From: Torpedo marmorata
Lineage: Eukaryota
Direction of reading: 5' to 3'
Length of the DNA: 64,000 nt
Assembly (NCBI GenBank): GCA_977017645.1
Contig: OZ360240.1
Location: forward strand, 71,176,001 to 71,240,000
Each line of letters begins with the position of its first letter. Positions within the stretch are counted from its first letter, which is position 1. A model generated the notes under the pieces. The model saw nothing but the letters and a program-made list of their open reading frames with translations, was not told where the DNA came from and made no database searches. Below are positions 50,982 to 63,440 of the stretch, one piece after another. The position numbers and the translations under genes are program-made.

Positions 50982-52711
50982 CAACAGGCACTTACACAGA
51001 CACACAAACATGCAGAGAATAGAGGAATAAAGAGCAAGTACATGCAGATATGCAGTTTAGGCGGACATCCTGGTCAGCAAACAGGATGGGCTGAAGGGCC
51101 TGTCCCTGTGATGTAATGTTCTACGTTAAACAAGGTAATCATGTTAAATTAGGATTGTTCTAGCAAGGAGGCAGAGCAGTCACAACAATCCAAAAACATT
51201 CTGCTTGTCATATAAAATTCAATAGTTCCATAATCATCTGACACTTAAAATAAGAAACATGGCCAAACCTTCCCGAGTTTCATATGGCCACATTTCACCC
51301 CCTCCCCCCAAACGTATAGAAAGGAAATCTGTGCAAAGCCATGTTGCATTCTTAGTGTCAAATCCATATATACATTTCATTACTGTACATTTTATTGTTA
51401 ACCATTAATTTTACTACATCACACCCTTGCCTTTAATGTGGGCCCCTGGGGTTACTCCCCCACTCAGTTGTTTGAGGGGCTTCCCCACCAGTCTCAGCCC
51501 CTCAATGCCCTGCAGCAGAAAAGATCTTAGATTTGTTCTTCTCCACAAAGCACTTCGGCTCTGTGCTTTACCTAGCTGTACTTGTACACTCCTTTTTTCT
51601 TCACTCTGACTTCTCCTCATTTTAGTCAGGGAGACTATACTGTGCCGACCTGCAGAACTATCATTTGGTTGAGTTTTCACTGGATTCCAAACATTATGAT
51701 CATGAACTGATTTTTTTGGAAGCAAGAACTGTATGCAACTTATAACCTTTTGCTGATTTTAAAGTACAGAAGAGAACATGCATCGGATTAACCAAAAGCT
51801 GCACCCGAATTAACAGAAAACAAGCAGTCTGCTGCCATCTCCTGGTATATACCTACCCCTGCATCTGTAAAAACATCAACAGACAATGGAGGAAAATACC
51901 AGGATTGTAATTAAGATGCAATTTCAATGGAAAATAATTCTTCCTTGGAAGATTATTACTTTCCAGTTTTCTATTATGCTCAGCCCAGGAGTTAAGTGTT
52001 TCCTCAGCATGGTTCCTCTCTGAAACTGAACCACAGCACCAAAGCACACCTTGGACTGGTTTGCGTTCTGGAGAAAGAAGACAAGGAGAAACAGTGAAGG
52101 AACAGAATGCACCAACTCTGGGATCAGAACTCGCTTCCAATCCATGTAATCAACCTGGATTCCAAGCTGATCTGATTCACAGCTGACATAGAACAGGAAG
52201 ATGCAGCAGCCAGAAAACAACAGTACAAGCTAACCTGCATTGGCTAAATCACAATCTGCTCCTGGGATTTGAACAACTCATTATTGACTTGACCCTCCTC
52301 ACTTGCATTAAAGGAATTAAGGATGTGGAGTTACATTGATCAGCCCAGGGGTGTTATTTGTGACTGTTTTTTTTTTATTTAAAAAAAACTTTTCTAACTT
52401 TTTTAAAAATCTCAGTCCCTTTTTTGTAAGTTTCGTCCGGTTTCCTCCCACGTTTCAAAGACGCATGGGGTTAGTAGGTTAATTGGTCACATGGGTGTAT
52501 TTGGGCAGTGCGGGGTCGGAAAGGCCTGTTCCCTTGCTGTATTTATAAATTACTGTAATTATACAAAAAAACTGGAAAGAGTTTTGAACACAGACTAAAG
52601 CACACAAGATTTAAAAGTTGGTGTCTGGACACTATTCCCCCTGAAAATTACGATACTGTCTTGTGACACCTCTCACACAGCTGCTCTTCAGAACCACTAT
52701 GGCACAAATAC

Positions 52712-52833
52712 CTCATAAACGCCAAGAAGATAATGAGAGCCAGGCTCACAGCCCAACCAGAAACAGCGAAGGCCTGTGGCATCGTCAGTGCTCCTGTCCC
52801 AACGATCAGGTTAAACATATACACGAGCCCCAC
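52712..52833 (-). CDS. TMEM104: TMEM104 coding exon 2 (VGLVYMFNLIVGTGALTMPQAFAVSGWAVSLALIIFLAFM-S)
   Basis: Carries the APC/SLC38-type TM1 motif NLIVGTGALTMP; acceptor tttctag|GTG, donor AG|GTATTT; 122 nt, phase 0 to 2. Confidence 0.95.
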
Positions 52834-54759
52834 CTAGAAACAAAGCAGAAGACACAAACCATGTAAGCAAGACCCAACACACCCTCCTTTAAGTTTCCCT
52901 GGCACGATAAGGAAAGGGAGCACCCTTAACTTAAAACACAATCCAAGACACAGGCTGCACTTCAAGGCAAAGGATTATGACTAAATGAAGCATCACATCC
53001 ATCAGAAGGTTTTCAGATTTGTTTTGCGGACATTGTGGGTAAATGGTTCATTCCCGATTTTCTTTTCACCACCTCTGTGGTCACTCCCACAATGCAGTCA
53101 TCTACAGAGCTCTACAAATTTGACTGAACAACAATTTAAAAAACAGCAGCATAGTCAACGTTGGTCTCTAAAACAGGAGATGGTTTGAGATATCTTGCAT
53201 TGGAAAAGTAGCAACCATCATAAACTGCACTATCTATATATTAGCTGAGATGTTCCTGCAAAGGTATTGATAAAGGAACAATCACAGACCAAGGAAACAA
53301 ACCTCTCTATTTTGGCAGTTCAGCTGTTTAGACTTCCAAAACCTTGGATCATCAAAGTATCTATATCCAGTGAAGTACAGTCACAACCGAGTTAAACAAG
53401 AAAATCTGCAGATGCCGTGATTGTAGTTTATACATATATTTCCGTAAACTACAGTCACAACTGTAATGTCAGAAATAGATATCTAGGATTACTAGGTAAC
53501 CAGCCTGATTTTCATGGGGGTTGAGGTACAAATAAATATTCCTTGAACCTGGCCTTGCAACCTTTAACCCAAGGAAACAGAGTGGGCATCTCATCCTGAT
53601 GTCATCCTGCCATTCCATCAGTGCCAATGGAGAACAGATGAGATTGAGCTCAAACTGGTCGCTGGAACTAATGGTGAACAAGGACAGTTTTGTTTTTGAA
53701 AAGGAAATCGCTGTCCACGGCACCTTGCATCGTTTTATTCATGATTGAAGTTAGACCGGCCATTGGGAGTGTGCAATAATTAGGTTAATGATCTAACATG
53801 GTTTCTGGTGAGTGGAGATAGCTGGGGAATTTTCTAAGACTGAGGGAGACACTGATGTCGCGCTATCGTGGGTCAGAGGCACAGCTAGCTCTGGAGCACT
53901 TCTTCTGTATCACAGCTGGAATGGCCCACAACCTTGGCTGCATCCTGTGCTCATAGTGGTGTCTTGTTATTACATGGGGTGAAACAAATTGGCTGGTTTG
54001 TGTGTGATGGTAGGAATCTTGGGAGAAGGCCAAGGTGGATCATTCACCCAGCACTGCTGGTTGAAGATTGTTGTAATTGGATTAAACCTTGCGACTGGCA
54101 CAGCTGCCATCCTCAGTCATCAACAATCCTGCTTATCCACAAGTCGATAAAGAAGACAATACATTGAACTTGTTTCTCTTTTACCTCCACCACCCCACTC
54201 CCCCACGAGAAACCTCTCTCGTTCTAACCTTTCTCCCTCAACATTAAACTCGTGATCCACCTCGCATGCTACCTTTACAACTTACTTATAACCCAGCCAT
54301 CCTTCCGCCCCCCGCCCCCAAGAAAAGTCATGTTGACCAATGAATTAGTTTTCAAAGACAAATGTTGCAACCCGAGTACACGAGCTGAGCAGTTAGTTAA
54401 TCAGCAACATTGATTAGGGATAAACGTTGGCTTCTTACTTCAAGATCCGTGACAGGATATCCTGTATCCACTGATGCAGGCAGATGGGGCCTCACTACAC
54501 AGCCTCATAGAAAAGAGAGCAAATGATAACTTGTAGTCATGCTTTGGCGCGCTATCAATTAATACGCAGAGACTGTGAAGTTCAATCATGGAGTCTTTAC
54601 TGGATTCAAAACGAAGGTCCTATTCCCGGGGCGGAAGTCACGTCAGAGCCCTTTCTGGAAGTCCCGCCCCAAGCGTGTAGTTCCGGACACCCCGTTGTGC
54701 CCGATGGCGGTTCGAGACCCGCGAGTGCGCGCCGCTACACCACCCCCCCCTCAGAAACA

Positions 54760-57700
54760 TCCATCGGGGACCTGGAGCCCCCATCCTGTGCGCCTTGCTT
54801 GGGTGGCCGGCCTCGCCGTCACGGTGCGGTTGGTCAATGTCCAAGTGTGCCGGTTTCAGGCTGTCTATTGTAAAAGTCTCTTGCCGGTCACCCACCTCCA
54901 CAATGCACGTGGTTCCATTCCTCTGGATCACTTTGAACGGTCCCTCGTACGGTCGCTGTAGAGGTGACCTGTGTGCCCCTGCGAATAAAGACATACTCGC
55001 AGTCTTGCAGGTCCTTGGGGGTGAAAGGTGGTGTTGGGCCGTGTTTGGAGGTCGGGACCGGTGCAAGGTTCTCCACCTTGTCCCGCAGTCTCGTCAGCAC
55101 CGCAGCTGGAGTCTCTTCCGTACTGCTGGCCGCTGGAATGAATTCGCCTGGTACCATCAGGGGGGCGCCTAAACCAACTCAGCGGAGGAAGAACTCAAGT
55201 CCTCTTTAGGGGTGGTCCGAATGCTCAGCAGGACCCAGGGAAGCTCATCTGACCAGTTGGGGCCTTTCAGGCGAGCCATCAGTGCCGACTTGAGGTGGTG
55301 GTGGAAACGTTCTACCAGGCCATTGGACTGGGGGTGGTACGCCGTGGTGTGATGCAGCTGTGTGCCCAGGAATTGTGCCAATGCCGTCCACAAAGTCGAA
55401 GTGAACTGCACCCCTCTGTCCGAAGTGATGTCCGTGGGTAGACTGAACCTGGTGATCCAGTTGGCGATCAGTGCTCTGGCGCAAGCCTCCATGGAAGCCT
55501 CTGTGAGCGGGACTGCCTCTGGCCACCTGGTGAACCGTTCCACCATGGTAAACAGGTACCTGTAGCCCCGGGAGACTGGCAGTGGACCGATGATGTCCAC
55601 ATGGACGCATTGGAACCTCCTGTCTGACAGCTGGAATTGCTGGAGCGGGGCCTTAACATGTCACTGTACCTTGGAGGCTTGGCAGTGAACGCAGGTTCTG
55701 GCCCAGTGTCCCACTTGCTTGCGCAATCCGTGCCAGACAAATCTGTCCGCCACAAGTTTAATGGACGCTCGGATGGATGGATGGGACAGGTTGTGCAGAG
55801 TATCGAACACCCGGCGTCTCCACGCTGCCGGAACCACTGGTCTGGGCCTGTCTGTGGAAACGTCGCAAAGGAGCCGGTCTGCTGCTGGGCCGAAAGAGAC
55901 GTCCTGTAGCTGGAGGCCTGAGACGGCGGGGCGATAGGCCGGCATTTCAAGGTCTGCCTGCTGTGCCGCCGCTAGTGCCGTGTAGTCAATGCCCGAGGAT
56001 GAGGTGCCCACCGAGAGGAGTGTGGGGCGAGACAGTGAGTCGGTGACGACGTTGTTCTTCCCTGCAATGTGGCGGATGTCAGAAGTGAACTCTGCTTTCT
56101 TTTCGGGAGGGTTAGGGAGGGGAGGGAGGGAGGGGGGGGTGAAAATGTATCACATGTAATTTGATAAATTTGCATTTTAAACTATGTACTGTGTGATTTA
56201 AAAATTTTAAATAAAATATTTTTTTTTAAAAAGTGAACTCTGAGATGAACGACAGGTGCCTCTGTTGCCGGGCTGACCATGGGTCCGAGACTGGCCAGTG
56301 CGTAGGTGAGGGGCTTGTGGTCCGTGTAGGTGGTGAACTCTCTCCCCTCGAGGAAGTACCGGAAGTGTCGGACGGCCAGGTAGAGTGCCAGAAGCTCTGT
56401 CAAAAGCACTGTATTTTACCTCTGGCGGTCGCAGGTGCCGGCTGAAAAAGGTGAGTGGTCGCCACTGCCCCTTGACGAGCTGTTCGAGGACTCCCCCTAC
56501 AGCCGTGTCGGATGTGTCGACTGTAAGCACTGTGGGGGCTTCGGCCCTCGGGTGCGCTAAAAGGGTAGCATTTGCCAGCGCCTCCTTGGCCTGAGCAAAA
56601 GCTTCGTTTGACGCCATGTCCCAAGTGACGTCTTTGGACTTGCCTGCCATCAGGGTGAACAAAGGCCTCATTATGTGTGCTGCCACCGGAACGAAACGGT
56701 GATAGAAGTTGACCATACCCACGAATTCCTGCAGGCCTTTCACTGTGGTGGGCTTCGGGAACAGGCGAATGGCCTGGACCTTGTCTGGCAGAGGAAAAGC
56801 GCCATCTTGGTTAACTCTATGGCCTAAGAAATCAATTTCCGTCTGCCCGAACTGGCACTTTGCTGGGTTAATTGCTAACCCGAAGTCGCTCAGGCGCCGG
56901 CAGAGTTGGCGCAGGTGTGCAGCGTGCTCCTGGCATGAGCTGCTTGCCACCAGGATGTCATCCAAGTAGATAAAAGCGAAATCTAGGCCACGTCCTACCG
57001 AGTCCATGAGCCTTTGGAAAGTCTGTGCCACGCTTTTCAGGCCGAATGGCATCCTCAGGAACTCGAAAAGGTCGAACGGAGTGATGAGGGCCGTCTTTGG
57101 AACGTCGTCGGGGTGCACTGCACTAGGTCGACCTTAGAGAAGATGGTGGCTCCGTGCAAGTTCGCTGTAAAATCCTGAATGTGGGGTATCGGGTACCTGT
57201 CGGCGGTCGTGGAGTCGTTCAAACTTCTATAGTCACCGCAGGGCCTCCATCCTCCTGTGGACGTGGGCACCATGTGCAGCGGGGATGCCCACGGGCTGTC
57301 CGAGCGGTGGACGATCCCCATTTCTTCCATCTTGCGTAACTCCTCTTTGGCCAGGTGTAGCTTGTCGGGTGGAACCCTGCAAGCTCGGGTGTGTAGAGGT
57401 GGACCTGTTGTAGATATGTGGTGCTGCACGCCATGCTTAAGGCCGGTGGTGGAGAACTGCAGGGTAACGATGGAGGGGAAATCTGCCAAAACCCTGGTGA
57501 ATTCATTTCCGGAGAGCTTCACGGAGTCCAAATGGAGAGCTGGAAGGTTGGCCTCGCCAAGCTGGAGCGTTTGGAACGTCTCCACGTGGACCAACCTTCG
57601 GCCTTTCAGGTCGACCAGGAAACCTTTGGCCCGTAAAAAATCTGCTCCGAGTAATGGCTGTGAAACCGCCGCCACCGTAAAAGTCCAAGTGAAATGAGTG

Positions 57701-58555
57701 GACCCGAAACCTAGCGGAATGGTCCGTTTGCCAAAAGTGCGGATGGTTGTGCCGTTCGCGGCGGTCTGCTCCGGGCCTGGAGTTGCGTTGCGTGACCATG
57801 TTCGAGGATGGAGGACGCTGATTTTGGCTCCGGTATCTATTAGGAAATGCTACCCGGAGTGCCGGTCCCAAATGTACAGTAGGCAGTCGTCGTGGCCATT
57901 AGCGACGGCTGGCCCCGGCGTTTCCTGGAAACGCACAAGGTGGATGGCAGTGGCGTGTGCCCTGACCCCATCTTTGGTGGTAGAAACACCATAGGTCGGA
58001 ACAATCATCTTTGTCCCCAGTGGCCTTTGGTGGTTTCGGCGTTTTGAGGGGGCGTGATTGCAGCAAGGCCCAGGGAGGTGGCTCGCTATTGCCTACTCTG
58101 CCAAAGGACATCTGCTTTGGCTGCGACCTTGCGAGGGTCGCTGAAATCCTCACATGTGAGTAGGAGGCGAATGTCCTCGGGCATCTGCTGGAGGAACAAC
58201 TGTTCGAATAGAAAACATGGCTTATGGCCGTCCATGAGTGCCAGCATGTCGTTCATTAGCTCGGATGGTGTGCGATCGCCCGGGCCATCCATCTGGAGGA
58301 GCTGCGGGAGAGGCCCAAAGTTTGGATCAGGAGCGCCTTGATCTTAATGTACCTGTCCTCTGTAGGGGGTTGATGGAGGAAGTCAACGATCCGGCCTGCC
58401 GTCTCCTGGTCGAGCGCACTGACCACGTAGTAATACTTTGTGGCATTGGCTGCGATGTCCCTGATGTTGAACTGGGCCTCGGCCTGCTCGAACCATACGT
58501 GGGGCTGAGTGGACCAGAAAGTCGGGAGCTTCAGTGAGACTGTGCTGGAACTCAT
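54760..58555 (-). pseudogene. Gypsy gag-pol, disrupted (gag, aspartic protease, RT, RNase H, integrase)
   Basis: Gag LKLPTFW...WFEQAEAQF; LGADFL; RT SPWASP, CGDYR, MPFGL, YLDD; RH TDHKPL; IN DIIGPLP, SDRG, NGLVERFH, PYEGPF. Several frameshifts plus an L1 insertion. Confidence 0.9.
56095..56230 (+). mobile_element. L1 3'-UTR fragment inserted in the Gypsy pol region
   Basis: TSD aagtgaactctg at 56083-56094 and 56231-56242; same 3' end as the other L1 copies. Confidence 0.88.
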
Positions 58556-58949
58556 GGTTGATGTTGCTTCGTTAACTCCAGATGCCGTCTGGAGCGTCGG
58601 GGTCACCAATGTAGTCGCATACGGCGCGCTATCAATTAAAAATGTAGAGACTGTGAAGTTCAATCATGGAGTCTTTACTGGATTCAAAACAAAGATCCTA
58701 TTCCCGGGGCGGAAGTGACGTCAGTGCCCTTTCCGGAAGTCCCACCCTGAGCTCGTAGTTCCGGACGCCCCGTTGTGCCCGATGGCGGTTCAAGACCTGT
58801 GAGTGCGCGCCGCTACAAACTCATGATAATGTTTATTGTCATACACATTGTACAATGTACAGATGCATCAAAATTCTTATTTTCTGCAGGCAAACAGATA
58901 CTTTAAAAAAAAAAAAACAATAGTATACATTAAATTTAAATGTTTACAT

Positions 58950-59206
58950 TAAAAATTTTTTAGACATACAGCGCGGTAACAGGCCATTTCGGCCCACGAG
59001 CCCGTGCCACCGAATTACACCCAATTGACCTACAACCCCGGTACGTTTTTGAACGGTGGGAGGAAACTGGAGCCCCCGGGGAAAACCCACGCAAACACGG
59101 AGAGAACGTACAAACTCCTTACAGACAGCGCGGGATTCGAACCCCAGTCCCGATCGCTGGAGCTGTAACAGCATTGCACTAACTGCTATGCCAACCATGC
59201 CGCCCA
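58950..59206 (-). mobile_element. V-SINE/HE1-like SINE; other copies at about 2884-3126(-), 34707-35007(+), 52420-52550(+) and 60746-60980(-)
   Basis: Reverse-complement match to 30730-30995. Confidence 0.8.
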
Positions 59207-59639
59207 ATTAAAGAGATAAATACAAAAGATGGATAATAAATATTCGATGACCATAATGCAAAAAGAAGTGGCGTTACAATAGCGCAAAGAGGCCTTTTTG
59301 TGGTGTTGGAGTAGTTTATGGTCAGTCAAACAAGGGGAGGTTCAACAGCCAATGGAAATAAACTGTTCTTGAACCTAGAGGTGCTGATCTTCAGGTTTCT
59401 GTACCTTCTATCCAAAGGTAGCAACAAGAAGAGGGTGACTGGGGTCCTTTATGATGTTGGCTTCCTTCTTGAGGCAGCACCTCACATAGATGTCTGGGGT
59501 GGGTGGAAGGTCAGAGCCAGTGATGGACCTGGCTATGTTTGCTACCTACAGCAGCCTTCTGCATTCCAGGGCAGTTAACTCCCAAAGCAGGCTGTGATGC
59601 AACCAGTCAGTACACTTTTCACAGTGCACCTGTAGAAGT

Positions 59640-60627
59640 TTCAGAATTTATTGTCATGAACAAGTCACGAAATTCGGTGTTTTGCGGCAGCATCATAGTG
59701 CAAACATTCATATTATAAGCCATCTTACAACAATAATATAAAAAAAATAAAAATAATAGTGCACGAAAAGTAAGGCAGTGTCTTTGGTTCATTGATTATT
59801 CAGGAATCTGATGGCAGCGGGGAAGAAGCTGTCTTTAGGCTCCTGTATCTTTTCCCGATGGTAGCAGAGTGAAGAGGGCATGGCCTGGGTGGTGGGGGTC
59901 TTTGAGGATAGAAGCTGCTTTTTTTTAAAACACTGCCTCATGTAGTTGTCCTCGATGAAGTCTGGTGCCTGTGATGTCATAGGCCGAGTTAACAACCCTC
60001 TGGAGTTTTTTCTTGTCCTGAGATTTGGCGCCTCCATACCAGACAGTGATACAACCAGCCAGAATGCTCTCCATGGTACACCTGTAGAAGTTTACGAGAG
60101 TCTTCGGTGACATACCGAATCTCCTCAGACACCTCACAAAGTATAGCCGCTGGCGAGCCTTCTTCACGATTGCATCAACATGGAGGCTCCAGGACAGATC
60201 CTCGGAGATGTTGACACCCAGGAATTTGAAGTTCTTGACCCTCTCCACTACTGAGTCCTCGATGAGGACTGGGTCGTGTTCCCCTGACTTCCTCCTGAAG
60301 TCCACAATCATCTCCTTGGTTTTGCTAACGTTGAGCGCAAGGTTGTTGGTGTGACACCACTCAAACAGCTGATCTATCTCCCTCCTGTACACTTCCTCAT
60401 TGCCGTTTGTGATTCTGCCGACAACTGTGGTGTCATTGGTAAACTTGTAGATAGCATTGGAATTGTGCCTGGCCACCCAGTCATGGGTGTATAATGCGTA
60501 GAGCAGTGGGCTAAGCACGCATCCTTGGAGTGCACCTGTGTTGATAATCAGTGAGGAGGAGACGTTGTTTCCAATTCATACTGACTGTGGTCTTCCGATG
60601 AGAAAGTCAAGGATCCAGTTGCAGAGG
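59640..60627 (-). mobile_element. 5'-truncated Rex1/Babar copy nested in an older Rex1-like fragment (about 58825-60750)
   Basis: ORFs 59925-60518 and 59789-60037 are the same family as 302-1852; reverse-complement tail at 59641. Confidence 0.88.
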
Positions 60628-62021
60628 ATCAAGTTTGATAGAGTACATGCCAAATCTCAAACTTCTTAGAAAGTAGAGATGTTGGTGTGCCTTCTTCGCG
60701 GTTGCCTCGATGTGCTGGCTCCAGGAGAGTCCTTCTGATATTACATTTTTAAATTTAAATTTAGACATACAGCAAGGTAACAGGCCATTTCGGCCCACCA
60801 GCCCATGCTACCCAATTAACCTACAACCCCTGGTATGTTTTGAATGGCGGGAGGAAACTAGAGCCCCTGGGGAAAACCCACGCAGACACGAGGAGAACAT
60901 ACAAACTCCTTACAGACAGCGCGGGATTCAAACCCCGGTCCCGATCGCTGGCGCTGTAATAACGTCGCGCTAACCGTGCCTATCTGCACTCCCAGGAGCT
61001 TGATCCCTTCAATAACTATATATCCTTACCACATAGTAGGCCACCAGTTCAGCCCATCAAACAATCCTATCTCCCCATTAATTTACCTGACAACCACAAT
61101 TCCTTCAAATTTTACTCCAGCCTCAGCCACAAGTTTCGGAGTGAAGCCACTTTGAAGCAGACGTTGCTTCAAACAGAAATAGAATGCAATGGAACTAGCC
61201 TCTCAAATTAATGTGCAGAAACCTCCTTTAATGGCCAAAGCTAAAAGAGATGTTTAATCATGGATACTAACATGAGAGACAACAGGAGCTTAAAACGACT
61301 CTTCTTTCTGGCAAGTTTAATATTTCTTCCACCCCTCCTCTGCACACAATTAAAAAGGATCTTAGCTTTAAAACGCCTACCACTCCCTCTCCTCTATCAT
61401 GTACTGCTATGCTTGAACCTTGCTTTTTCTAGTGATTATACTGAACCTTGGCAGAGTACATTTGCTAAAAATCCTTGGAACTGCTACAAGCATCCAGTGT
61501 ACAGCAGGGACACACAGAAGACTGGAATTTGGAGCAAAAATAAAGGTTCTGGAGGTACTCAATGGGTCAGACAGCATCTGTGGAGGCTCTGCATCAAAGA
61601 CTAAGTGTAAAGGGGAGGCGCCGATATAAAGAGAGGAGGGGGGGGGTGGGTGAGGCAGGAGCTGGCAGGTGATAGGTGGATCCAGGTGGAGGAGGGACTG
61701 ATGGGGCAGACGGAGCCTGATGGGAGGGGAAAGAAACTGGGTGACAGGAAAACTGGTGTTTAAACGTGATTCAACTTACCAACAAAAACTTTAACTAGCT
61801 CAAAATAACTAAATAGGTATAATTGGTTGCTCCAATATCAAAAACTTTTAATAGCCCCATCCATTCTGGCAGCACTCATGTAGACAGAATAGAAGACGCA
61901 GGATCAGATGCAATAACGAATGTGTAGATCAGATGTAACCTTGGCAGCTCCATTACAACACATTTCCTGACACCCAGCTCTAGTACACCATCAGCTCAGT
62001 CACCAAACAGTAAATACTCAC

Positions 62022-62066
62022 ATAAGGCGAGTACAACTCCCCCGTTTCGGTAATACCACCCTGCAT
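62022..62066 (-). CDS. TMEM104: TMEM104 coding exon 1 (MQGGITETGELYSPY); whole exon is 62022-62110 including 44 nt of 5' UTR
   Basis: Matches the recalled TMEM104 N-terminus MAGEITETGELYSPY; acceptor tttttaatgcag| before 62110; donor TAT|GTGAGT; phase 0. Confidence 0.93.
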
Positions 62067-62249
62067 TTTCAGCTCCTGGAACAGCGACTTCCAACCGTCT
62101 GATGACTGACCTGCATTAAAAATAGGTATTACAACTAAACATTGTAGCATTACAGACACCAAAAATATTAAAAACTAAACTTCACCATAACCTTGTTGAT
62201 AAGTTGATGAAATAGTTCACCTCCCCTTGTACCTGCTGCTTCAATTTTT

Positions 62250-62490
62250 CCACCAAAATAAACTTTATCCACAATAAATTTATTTACAAAAGAAAACAGT
62301 GTAAAGTATTTTCACACCCTGAATGTCATATTCATACATTCCATTACTGTACATTCTCTAATTTGTTATGTAACACTGTTGCCACAACTGTGGCCCCTTG
62401 TGGTTTCACCTCCCTCCAGTCTCAGCCCCTCAATGCCCGGTGGCGGAACAACTCGAGACTATGGCCCTTCACCACAAAGAACACCCGTTC
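62250..62490 (-). repeat. Possible Tx1/L1-type 3'-end fragment, related to about 51360-51600
   Basis: Both regions share catttcattactgtacatt...gtggcccct..ccagtctcagcccctcaatgccc; family assignment is tentative. Confidence 0.4.
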
Positions 62491-62654
62491 CCCCTCCGCC
62501 TCGGCCCAGCCCTCTCCTGGTCCCCCTCGCTCTCCCCCCCCCGCCCTCTTCCAGTTCCCCCTCATCCCTCTAGCCGTCTCTTTTCCCAGCCCTCTGCCGT
62601 TCCCCCTCCTTCTCCCAACTCACCCATCTCCCTCAGTTCTCTCGCTTGTTGTCC

Positions 62655-63305
62655 CCTTTCCCCGGCCCTCCCCCCCTCTATTGCCCCGGCCCTCCCCCCC
62701 TTATTGCCCCGGCCCTCCCCCCTCTATTGCCCCGACCCTCCCCCCCTTATTGCCCCGGCCCTCCACCCCTCTATTGCCCCGACCCTCCCCCCTCTATTGC
62801 CCCGACCCTCCCCCCCTTATTGCCCCGGCCCTCCCCCCCACTATTGCCCCGGCCCTCCCCCCTCTATTGCCCCGGCCCTCCACCCCTCCCCCCCACTATT
62901 GCCCCGGCCCTCCACCCCTCCCCCCTTATTGCCCCGGCCCTCCCCCCCTTATTGCCCCGGCCCTCCACCCCTCTATTGCCCCGGCCCTCCACCCCTCCCC
63001 GCTTATTGCCCCGGCCCTCCCCCCCTTATTGCCCCGGCCCTCCACCCCTCTATTGCCCCGACCCTCCCCCCCTTATTGCCCCGGCCCTCCACCCCTCTAT
63101 TGCCCCGACCCTCCCCCCCTTATTGCCCCGGCCCTCCCCCCCACTATTGCCCCGGCCCTCCCCCCTCTATTGCCCCGGCCCTCCACCCTTATTGCCCCGG
63201 CCCTCCACCCCTCCCCCCCTTATTGCCCCGGCCCTCCCCCCTCTATTGCCCCGGCCCTCCACCCCACTACTGCCCCAACCTGCCACCCCCTGTTACCCCG
63301 GCCAT
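62655..63305. repeat. C-rich (G-rich on minus) minisatellite, unit of about 22-31 bp, TATTGCCCC(G/A)CCCTCC(C/A)CCC
   Basis: Roughly 25 variant copies of tattgccccggccctcccccc; explains the Pro-rich ORFs in all plus frames. Confidence 0.95.
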
Positions 63306-63387
63306 CCCCATCCGTTGCCCCCCTCCCATTGCCTCACTTTGCCCCGACCTCCCCCATATCTCTCTCCGTCTGTCTCCACTCACTCAC

Positions 63388-63440
63388 CGGTGCCGCCGCC
63401 GTTCCTCCGGCCCCCATTGATTGGCTGTCCACTGATGACG
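63388..63440 (-). other. TMEM104: Probable first (5' UTR) exon of TMEM104; the upstream boundary (TSS) is unknown
   Basis: Strong minus-strand donor CCG|GTGAGT (intron starts at 63387) inside a CpG-rich island, about 1.3 kb upstream of the ATG-containing exon, whose acceptor needs an upstream exon. Confidence 0.6.

Larger units (their letters stand above)
54532..58817 (-). mobile_element. Full-length but decayed Ty3/Gypsy LTR retrotransposon
   Basis: 208-bp LTRs (54532-54739 and 58610-58817, TG...CA); 4-bp TSD aact; PBS TGGTGACCCCGACG next to the 5' LTR; polypurine tract GAGGGGGGGGTGG before the 3' LTR; domain order PR-RT-RH-IN. Confidence 0.95.

Noticed and set aside
61151-61173. Hairpin TTTGAAGCA-GACGT-TGCTTCAAA
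   Set aside because: A single 9-bp stem is expected by chance in 64 kb, and there is no supporting context.
62655-63305. CRISPR-like array
   Set aside because: No unique spacers, a eukaryotic context and no cas genes.
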